Assembly: GCA_002104905.1 (NCBI GenBank)
Contig: MCFE01000482.1
Location: forward strand, 4,164-68,163
Direction: 5' to 3'
Length of the DNA stretch: 64,000 bases
DNA from: Basidiobolus meristosporus CBS 931.73
Lineage: Eukaryota > Fungi > Basidiobolomycota
The translations under genes were made by a program, and so were the position numbers. This document shows, piece by piece, positions 55,001 to 64,000 of this stretch. Numbering within the stretch: position 1 is the first letter of the stretch; each line of letters opens with the position of its first letter. The notes under the pieces were generated by a model. That model searched no databases and had not been told where the DNA came from. It was given only the letters and a program-made list of their open reading frames with translations.

Positions 55001-56693
55001 TGTGGTGTCTATCCCAAAGCCTAAAAATCAAAACCCATTGAAGATCCATGAAGATCATCAGTGCAATGATGAAAAGTGGGCTAATACTCAAAAGGATGTC
55101 AGATGTCAAGCACACCATCACCTCAAGGCCAGCATACCATGGAGCCACCAGGAACTCAAGGCCAAGGAGAATGCACTTGACTTGTTCCATGGGAATTATC
55201 CTGGCTTCAAATGGGCAAACAAATTTTGGGCCAGCATTGATATGCTAAGAAAGTATCTTAGGAGTAGCAGAAACTACCAATGGCAGAAGAACAAGAGTGC
55301 TATGGATAAAAGCCAGCAGCTACCTCAAGAGCCCTTTACAAGCAGGGCCAAAAGCTTCAAACCAGCATCAAAGTGACATCAGGTAGCTGGAAGAGTGCCA
55401 ATAAGGGACAAGCAGGCAGACTCAGATGTACCAGCACAACATTTATTAAGGCAGCAGCTTTCTCAGGAGCCCTTCACAACTATGGCAAAGGCTCAAAGCA
55501 AGTGGAAAAGTAGTTTCAGGCTGCCCACAGAGTGCCAGCTAGGGATAAGCATGCCAAAACATATATGTCAGAGCAGAATTTATCAAGGAGAAAATGTAGT
55601 TCATCACAATAAGCAACCAGACAAAGTAGCAGTGAAAGAACTGGCAGTGATAAAGAAAAAGGTACAGGGAAAAATGTCTACCTTAGCCTGAGACAGGGAA
55701 GCATGCAAAAAAAACTGCAGTTCTTGCCAATGAATTCTGTAAGCCTGGCTAACCAACAAGATTTACCAACAAGAAATCAGCGGCAGTTGAGCTACACTCC
55801 AGCAAGTTAGATGAGTTTGCAGAGAAAGGTAATTCGTCAACCGCAGCCTTCATGTCCTCCATTGTTGACAGAGTGGAGATCCCACTGACAGAAAAGGCTG
55901 CAACTTCAAGAACCTGAAAGACCAACACAATGTCTTTGGTGGAGTTTTGGAACATTGATAGGCACACCAAGTAGTTACAGCATTTCATCAAGAGCAGTGC
56001 TCAAGAAAATGCACTTGAATATTGCAAGGATTTATTGCAAAGACTGGCAGATGAGTAGCTAGACCTTGAAGTACTGGCAGAAGACCAGGTTGTGTGGAAA
56101 CCAGTGAATGAACAGTGGCATAAAGCCATTGGGTTCCCCCTGGAGTCATGTAACAGAGTGTTACAGCAGAAATATTGATTGAGTGGTGTGCTTTAATGGA
56201 GTTACTTGGTGAGTGTGAGGTTGAGCTTAATGTTAGTACAGGGTACAGGGACTTGCATAGATCAATACAACTGGCAATTGAGGTACAACTGAAGTTTCAA
56301 CAAAAATGAATCAATCTGTACACATAAGAAGTAAGAGAAATGGTTGAATCAGGAAGTAAGGAGTGTGAAAAAGAGGCAATAGCCAATCAATGTACACAAA
56401 TGTAGGACACCAACTAAGTTGGGGATTGTAGCTCAATAGTTTTCCCTTGACAGGCTTATGGCTTTATTCCCCTTCACATTAGATTAGAGACAGAACCCAA
56501 GTATTCCTAGCAAGCTTTTGCCAGAAGTTATTGCACTCAGTGAGCATTCCACAAACAAAACACTTGAGAAGTGTTGGATGTATCTCTCCCTCAGACTTAT
56601 ATACCACCACAACATGATCAGTACCTCTGAGTCATGGGACTTTAAATCTGTGACAGCCTTTTGACAAGATCATGACAATAACTGCTCATAGTG
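52033..56693 (-). mobile_element. CACTA (EnSpm/CMC) DNA transposon, degenerate, TSD CTA, inserted in RT of copia C
   Basis: Termini CTCTATGAGCAATAATT / AATAACTGCTCATAGTG with CTA on both sides. Tnp2-like remnants (LALDGF, INLNLP, LSGPK..LDSYLYPL, CIGDTPA; HSLLHL..FPMER). Confidence 0.88.
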
Positions 56694-58099
56694 CTACTGC
56701 AGCCAAATGTAAGTTTTTATAAATCAAATGAATGTTAAAGCTGCATTTATGAGTGGGGACCTTAATGAGAATGTTTATATGGACCAGCCCAATGGACCTG
56801 TTAGCCACAATAGCCCCTATTTAGTCTGCAAGCTTAGATATCTGTATATGGACTTGAATAATCACAAAGAGCCTGGAATTGTAACAGTGGTTCTAATTTG
56901 GAGTTCTTGTGTTTCAAAAGGAGCACAGCTGACTATAGGATATACTGCAAGCCTGATAGAGCAAATCCAGCTCTATTAGCACTATAAGTGGATGATCTTA
57001 TTATAGCTGCCAATAACTCTGAAACATTGGTCAACACTAAATCCAGTCTCTATAAGGAGTTCAAGCTGTCCAATCTATGAGAAATGAGGTACTGCTTGGG
57101 GATAGAATTCTCAATAGAGAGAAGTACCTAGACTATAGCCCTAAGTCAATCCAAGTATATTCAAGATATACTAAAGAAGTACTAAACTGAACACTATATA
57201 TTGGCAGCTACCCCAATGGAGACCATCCTTAACTTGGTCAAAACTCAACCAAATCTAGAAAGCTTGGTGCCATCTGGAAGCCCTGACTCTCCTTCTAAAT
57301 TGATATTTGCCAGTCTGACGTATAGCATGATTAGAACACAGCTAAATATCTCATATTTAGTGGGAGTTGTCAGCCAGCATGATCATAACTATGGATCTGA
57401 TCATATTGCAATAATTAGGTGGACTTTTAGATGCTTAAAAGGAACTTGTGATATTTACTTAAGGTACACCAATACAGATTCAGAACAAGGTATTGTGGGG
57501 TACTCTGATGTTGATTGGGGACAAAATTTAGAAGGCAGAGGATCCATTACAGAATAAACCTTTCTATACTGCAAAGGAGCAATTTCATGGAACTCAAGAA
57601 AGCAACCAACCATAGCACTTTCTACCACAGAGGTAGAGTTCATGGCAGCTTGTGAAGCTACAAAAGAAGCAATGTAGTAAAGCAGCTTCTATAGATTACG
57701 CCAATGTCAAAAATGCCTAATTCATTTTTGCAACATAAATAAGGATGAATACAATTAGGTAAAATCCAACTTTTCATGCAAGAACTAAGCACATAAATAT
57801 TAGACATCATTTCATACATGAAGCTATATAGAATAGCTTGGTTAGCTTAGCTTACTGTCAAACAAATGAAATGATTGCAGACATATTTACAAGGCTATTT
57901 GCTAGAGACAAACTGGAACATCTTAGATCAATATTAGAACTAGTCACTGTCAGCATTTATTTGTGTGGGAGTGTTGTAAAAGTTTGTAATTCCACCTAAA
58001 TATTCACCTAACCTGGTCACTTAGATCATTACCTTTACATCTTAGAAGTGTACTGACCAAATTTCTTGTTGAGATTTACTTTGAATATTTTCACCAAAT

Positions 58100-59337
58100 T
58101 ATAAGTGTGCCAAGGTAGAAATGTACTGAAGAACAGACTAGAATATCACATGGGGATATGTCAGGGGTATGCTGATAATGTGGCTAGGTCATGTGACATG
58201 CATTACCATTTATGGTACTTGGCTACATAGATTCCAAAGGGGGGCTTCCACAGAATGTTCCATTGGTTAATGTTGACTTAGTGCTTTCCAGAAGTTGCTA
58301 GAATGTAGTAGAACTTTCTAGAAGGAACTGGGATTTCTTCAACAACTTCATTTATCCTGATCATCAGAGACCAGGAATGTCATGTTATCATGACAGTTGC
58401 TTTGTCTATCAGTGGGATCTCAACTCTGCTCATAGTGGCAAATGTGGAGGCTGTGGTAGACAAGATGCCTTTCTCTGCAAACTCATTCACTTCATGGCAG
58501 TGTATCTCAATTGTGTATGTCTCCAACCCTTGTGAGAACAGCTGCTCTCTTCTTAGTGAGTACACTTAGCTATTGTAGGATTTAGCTTGCTCTGGGCTGA
58601 TGGCGTAAATTGGTGAGATCTGCAATTTTTTTCTCATACTTTCCTGTCTCTGGCCTGGATAGACATTTTCCCTTTCCCTTTGCCATTATTGCTGCCAGTA
58701 TATGGCCACCTAGAAAGTATCACACTAAAAAGCTGTAAAGTTAAGGTGTTTGAAATATGTCATTTGTGGTAGGTGAGTGCATTTGAAGAGATTAGTAACA
58801 ATAAGGCCATAATTTTTATTGATCTGAGCTACATGTGGAATACCCAAGGTAGTTGTGGGTAACCAAATAAAGAGGGTGAATCTACAGTGAAATATATGAA
58901 TTGCACAAGGAGAGGTAGAAAAAGAAATTCAACTTGGTAAATTAGTATGATGGCATTATGCAGAACTAGCTGTAGGCCACCATAGCAGCAGGGTAATGCC
59001 ATTAGAGGCTTGCAATGAAGCTGTCAAAACACCATCAAGTTTCTTTGCCATATAAGGTAGTTCATTGTACTGGCTGCTTGGATCCACTCAGATAGTTCTA
59101 GGGAACATCAAAACCAGCACAATGCCATGAAACCCTTGGCACAACACTGCCAAAACACTGTCACGTTATTCAACTTTATTTGGTGGTAAATTAGCCAAAC
59201 ACCATTGTGATTCTGTCACATGATTGTGTAGATGGTCATTAATTCAAAGCTGCTGGTATAACAATGGTCTCCTATTGGGATCCTAACAGCTGGTCCAGAT
59301 CAGATCCATTCACCAAGCCAGATTATTTTTAATAGGG
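58100..59337 (+). mobile_element. Internally deleted CACTA derivative, inverted relative to 52033-56693 (left boundary approximate)
   Basis: Blocks about 58370-58700 and 58800-59337 are reverse-complement homologs of about 55640-55920 and 52033-52570. Confidence 0.7.
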
Positions 59338-59339
59338 TG

Positions 59340-60138
59340 TAAAGACTGTTTATTTCTTGAACAATATATTTCTGCTTCCTGCCAGATTGCTGCTCCTATT
59401 ATAGGTGCACTCCAGTTCTTGTTTATATGAGTTCTGTATTATATGGTGTGAATAGAGGCCTGTATCCAGGAGATACCCAGCGGTCATTAGGAAAGTTGTG
59501 CTAGCAAAATTAGATACTTGTTGAGTCCAACCCAACCTAACCTTACTTGACCAATTACCCAGGTGTTGGTGCTGCTTAGCTTCTTATTACCAAAGGCATC
59601 AGTGTCTCTATGAACACATCTGTGCTCAGTATTTCAAGGTCCAATTTAATCCACAAAAAAAGTAAGATGGAGCAGAGTATAGATAAAATTAGCATTGGTG
59701 TTCCACTTGCAAATAAATAACCCTACAATGTCAACAAAAAACTCCTAATGATTTCAATGTACTCTTAGTAAAAGTTCCTTCAGAAGGCCACTTGGATAAA
59801 CTCAAGTCCAGTTCATCCAGTCTTCCCATTTAAAATTTGCCATAAGCGCACAAGCATAATATGGGCTAGTAAGAACCACTTTGCCCTATGATAAGTTATT
59901 GTGATGATCCCATCAAAAGGCTGTCCCAGATTCTACAACCCATGACTAAGAGGTGCTGATTCTATTAAGGCACCATGCAAAGACTGTCATAAATAATTGC
60001 ACCCCAGGTTTCACAAAAACCTTAGTCAAATATTTTCATCACAACAATACAAAAGTGACTCTTGGTTGGTTCTCTGCCAGCATTCTCACTTTCTGATCCT
60101 GTACACTCCATCACCTCCAATGTTTGTGAGCATTGATT
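59340..60138 (-). pseudogene. CACTA transposase remnant (more divergent copy)
   Basis: 59761-59830 aligns with 53761-53830 (actctt.gta...cttcagaa.gccacttg...cagttcatccagt). Confidence 0.6.
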
Positions 60139-60321
60139 AGACTTGTTCTGTTGGATAGTGCCACATAGTGCCAGCCTGTTTATAGTGCCAGATTGATCTG
60201 GCACCCTACGGCACTATCTGGCACTATAATTTCTACCATGATGCCAGTGGTATGATACAGTTACTGGTAATTTTACTCAATCTTACTTATGTTGCTCAGA
60301 ATAGTGCTTTCCTTGCTTTAT

Positions 60322-61206
60322 TTACTCTTCATAATGCTCCAGACACATTTCTTTCAGTGGATGTCTTCTTGTATGAACATACTGTGCATTAATAAGTATC
60401 TTAACTATTTTACCTATTCTGCTGTTTTCACCTATATATGACTTTCCTCTGTATTTACCTGCCAATATGCTGAATCTCTTCAGATATCCAAATGTGTGCT
60501 CTACCCTCACTCTGAAATGATTAAATATCTCATTGTAGAGCTTCTGCTTCCTGCTAAGCACACCATTCCTTGGCTTCCTATAAGCTGTAATACATCCTAA
60601 TCTCTGACAATCCTCTCCTATATAGGCTAAGTCTGCCATACATTTCTCCCCTCTACTGAATTCAGGATGATTCTCTACCCAGAGTGCTTTGTCATGCCTA
60701 CTTCCAGCAAATGGCCCACTAAACCAGATGATGTTACCCTCAATGTCAGACAGTGCTTGAAGCTTCACACAGTGTGCCTTGTACTTGCCAGAATAAAAGT
60801 GCCTCTGCCCTCTAGAAGGTCTGTTAATCCTCACTGGGAAGGTATCCAAAATACTCCTGATATGGAACCTGTTGCTGAACACTCTGGGATATGGAAGTCT
60901 ATTGGAGCTTCTAAACCTAGTATTCCAAGCTTGCTCTAAGTGATTCATACCCTCTGCAAGGTGGTTCTCCATTGCTGTCAGCTGGGAATAAAAGCTTCTA
61001 GGACTTTTGTTGCCATGGATGGTGGGATGAGACCTTGTGGGGCAATAGTTCTTGTAATAGCAGAGAAGCTTAACAAGGGATCTCCTTGAGTAGATTGGGG
61101 TTGATGGTCCACAGTACTTGGTATAGATCTCCTCCAGTGTGTCAAAAGGAAATCCAGTGGTAGTGATGGGATTGATGAGAAAAGACCATTCAGATGAGTT
61201 AGTCAT
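60322..61206 (-). CDS. DDE_Tnp_4-type (IS5/Harbinger-like) transposase, 294 aa, uninterrupted
   Basis: ILDTFPVRINRP, YSGKYKAHCVKLQAL, GSRHD, MADLAYIG, RVRVEHTFGYLKRFSIL. Putative D-D-E triad is present. Confidence 0.9.
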   Translation of the reverse strand: MTNSSEWSFLINPITTTGFPFDTLEEIYTKYCGPSTPIYSRRSLVKLLCYYKNYCPTRSHPTIHGNKSPRSFYSQLTAMENHLAEGMNHLEQAWNTRFRSSNRLPYPRVFSNRFHIRSILDTFPVRINRPSRGQRHFYSGKYKAHCVKLQALSDIEGNIIWFSGPFAGSRHDKALWVENHPEFSRGEKCMADLAYIGEDCQRLGCITAYRKPRNGVLSRKQKLYNEIFNHFRVRVEHTFGYLKRFSILAGKYRGKSYIGENSRIGKIVKILINAQYVHTRRHPLKEMCLEHYEE

Positions 61207-61927
61207 ATTAAAATTGATGGATGATTGTATGGAGGCGGTTTGGATTGATTCGGCACGATCTGCATTATTTATCTGATTTTTAACACATTATGGTTAAATC
61301 TCCATCAATTGCCATGTATCCCATCATTATATCGCAAAAATCATCCGCAAACAATGCCTTGGTACTTTTATTGATGCTTTAATCATAGGTCTATAATTAA
61401 ATAGGAAATCTGCGATTGATGTGATCTGATCTGTGTCAATGTGATCCAAGATGCATTATGCATAATATATGGAAAATTCAACAATCACTTTAATTTTCAT
61501 ATATATTTCATATAAGACCAGGTTGATGCCAATATACTGCTGTATAAGTATCCAAATTTGTTGCTATGGTCCCCATACCAAGCCTCAACTCATCTTTAGT
61601 ACAACCCAGACAAAACCCATCCCCCAGCTCATAAGCGCGGTCCGGACCGGAAAAGTTGACGTTGGATCCGTTTGAGTTCTTGCCAAATGATTTTAGTATG
61701 GCCCAAGTGTCTATGATGAGCCTTCATACAGATATTTGGGCACTACTGATTAATCTAGCAGAACTAGATACATCAGAGAGTTGACAAAGATGGAAGAATT
61801 TGAGTAGAAAGCTGTGGCATGAGTTCTACATTAAGATGCCAGCCAATGTATGTAAAAAGATTTATAACAAGACAAGTATTGAAATCAAGAATGAGCTGAG
61901 AGTGAGGGGATTTGACTAAGAAGCCGC

Positions 61928-62731
61928 TGTGGTAGGGTAAACATACCTCCCACAGACAAGTTTATTCATATAGTCATTATGATATACTTATCCATATTTT
62001 ATCTTATCAGTATTATCCCATTCTTCTTTTGCCCATATTATCAGTATTATCCCCATATGATGTTTACCCTGATTAGTTATTAGCATTAGTTATCCCAGAT
62101 GTTATTCAGCTTTCTGATCAGTAGATGTATCTATATAAGGCAAGTACCCGCGTCAGTACCTGTGACACATGACCTAGGTCTGTGTTACCATCTCTACCAT
62201 TTCAATACCATATATGGTATTTCTATGTTGCACAGGTTTCAGCCTACTGATTCCTGATTGGTTGAGAGTGCTGTGCCTTTTAGAACCTTCCAGGACATTC
62301 TTGGCATATTTTTAGCTCATAGTGATGTCATCAAGAATTCCACTGATACCTAGAATCTTCTAGAACCTTGTCATTAGTAATCACTTGGCAATCAGGAAAA
62401 GTATTTAAGGGAAAGCAATCCCTCATCAATAAATCATCCCTTCTATCAGTAACACTTCTACCTTATTGATTAGCAGTTGATCACTGCACCTGCCTTCAAC
62501 AGTACATCTCAGACCTGCCATCAAGGAGCTTTTCAGGGTAGTGCACAAGACACACAGAGGCCTTTGGAGACACTTGGAGCACCTAGGAAGCTAGAGAAGC
62601 AGGAGCTTTTACCATAGTGACATATTGACAAAGGCACCAGCAGTTTAGACACAGAGGCTTTTGCACCCATCAGACACCTCACACACCTTGAGTTGTGTAG
62701 CTTCTCCCAGGAGTACCTCTACACCACCACA
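61928..62731. mobile_element. Solo LTR (804 bp), same family as 46168-46970, perfect 4-bp TSD CCGC
   Basis: TGTGGTAG...CCACCACA with CCGC at 61924-61927 and 62732-62735. Confidence 0.9.
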
Positions 62732-63124
62732 CCGCGCAGGAACGATTTTGCGCGCAATTTGCTCAGTACAGGCCGGACGCGTCCGTTTGTGCCTCAACTT
62801 TGGGAACCAAAGAGATTTTGAATGAGTTTTTGCCTCAAATGACTAATGTACTATGTGATATATTAGTAGAGCTAAGTGGCTTCCAAGAGCAATATACACA
62901 GGACTCATCCAGGCAACAGCTCCAAAGTATCAGACAGAGGGTAAGTGAATACCTTGAGGAATCAGATGGTGAGCTTCAGGAGGAAGAATACAGACCGCAA
63001 GCAACATTGTCCAGATTGCGCCAGCACGCCTTGCTGGATTCCCTACCATCTCTGCAACTACAGTGCGCCGGCGCACGTCAGTCCAGAGTACGCCAACACC
63101 CTTTACCAGAACGCCCCGCGTCAA

Positions 63125-63165
63125 GTCAACGCGCGTTGGGTCAACGCGCGTTGGGTCAACGCGCG
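63125..63165. repeat. 15-bp tandem repeat GTCAACGCGCGTTGG x2.7
   Basis: Read directly from the sequence. Each unit contains the palindrome CAACGCGCGTTG. Confidence 0.9.
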
Positions 63166-64000
63166 CGCTTCAGAGCAAAACTACAAGAACTTGCCAAACT
63201 GCTCATTTAGACACAAGTCCATTGGAGCGGACCAAGTTGCGTCAACATGCGGCATCACATTGAACTCAGCCAAGGGCCATCTCAACGTGTCAAGGCGCGC
63301 CTGCGTGTGCCGTCTTGCCTGACCATCAGCGAGTTACTTCTGGTGAACTGACTGATGATGACCAACATGAAGTGCCTCAACCACCAGAGCCCTTGGCAAG
63401 TAAAAGAACGCATCAGCGCGTGGCACTACAGGCCGGTTCAGTTGGTTCAGTTGGAGCAATTCAGCGCGGCCAAGCTGCAGCATTGCACTCATCAACTAGG
63501 AGGCAAAATACTGACCACAAATACACAAGTAGCCAAGATGATAGTCAGCCAGGAAGTAGTATAGGTGTGCAAAGTGAGTCACTACCAAATGCTTCAGTAG
63601 CAATCCCTGTGAGAAAAAAACCCAGGAGAAGTTGATGCAATCTCTTTGAATTGCTCACATTTGTAATGATCCCGACAACCCTTTTTTTTTGCGATCCATA
63701 TTGAGCCATTGCAAATCAGTGATCATCAAATTTTTGATATAAGTAATATCAAGGTTGTCTCACATTTGAGACAGAACCCCTATAAATAAACACCCTGCAT
63801 ATATATACGTCATCTGTACTACCAGTGCAGCTATTGATCTGTTTGCACCTACACGATTGCTTGCGTGCTAGCTATGACACCTTGTCCAATCACTAGGATC
63901 AGGGATTTACTTGCTCAATGGGCAAAATGGGATATTTGATGGCAAATCAGGTAGCTTTTTCAGTAGTCAATGAGCCAATTGGGGGCTGCCAGCTTCAGGA

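Larger units (their letters stand above)
41077..58098 (+). mobile_element. Outer copia C (PBS and gag at 41077; gag resumes 51613; RT 51880-52032 and 56694-57955; PPT; partial 3' LTR from 57972), internally deleted and host to nested insertions
   Basis: Collinear + strand copia segments rejoin across each insertion at target-site duplications. Confidence 0.85.
61635..63210 (+). pseudogene. ORF2 of the PHIS element (Myb/SANT-like motif), split by a solo LTR
   Basis: Excising 61928-62735 joins the upstream frame to ORF 62800-63210. IWALL..LAELDTSES*QRWKNLSRK motif. Stops TGA at 61782 and TAA at 61917. Confidence 0.65.
60139..64000. mobile_element. PIF/Harbinger-like (PHIS) DNA transposon, putative master of the MITEs; right end not found in the window
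   Basis: Starts AGACTTGTTCTGTTGGATAGTGCCACA (shared with the MITE at 3240) and has a GTGCCA subterminal array, a DDE transposase and a divergent ORF2. Confidence 0.8.

Noticed and set aside
55002-55691. ORFs 55002-55376 and 55395-55691 as host genes
   Set aside because: They lie inside the CACTA element and have a decayed homolog at about 58370-58700. They are probably remnants of its accessory ORF.
61940-61965. CACAGACAAGTT as the right TIR of the PHIS element
   Set aside because: It is part of the solo LTR (also present at about 46190) and does not match GAACAAGTCT with a TSD.

Overview
Eukaryotic DNA, most likely from an early-diverging fungus (inferred from short GT-AG introns, fungal-type proteins and CpG-depleted repeats). 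Three zones are visible. (1) 1-5900: a defective Ty1/copia retrotransposon carrying a 734-bp foldback MITE, butted against a second, inverted copia end. (2) About 5900-39200: a CpG-normal gene block containing a GDSL pseudogene, a BNA3-like aminotransferase, two arrestins, a small secreted prepropeptide, a C2 protein, LCB1, PEBP, URB2, an Est1/SMG7-like gene, a DUF5522-like gene, a CSC1/OSCA channel, PP1, RPL29, a PWI splicing factor and a Kex2-repeat secreted precursor. (3) About 39400-64000: a nest of copia elements, two CACTA copies, two solo LTRs of another family and a PIF/Harbinger-like (PHIS) DNA transposon. Three results stand out. First, a linked PHIS system: an element with an intact DDE transposase and a Myb/SANT-like ORF2 that can be rebuilt by excising a solo LTR, plus two MITEs sharing its AGACTTGTTC terminus. 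Second, two candidate processed secreted peptide precursors. Third, solo LTRs that both inserted at NCGC sites in CpG-starved DNA. All homology calls come from motif recognition by eye. No database search was run, and exon boundaries are manual.
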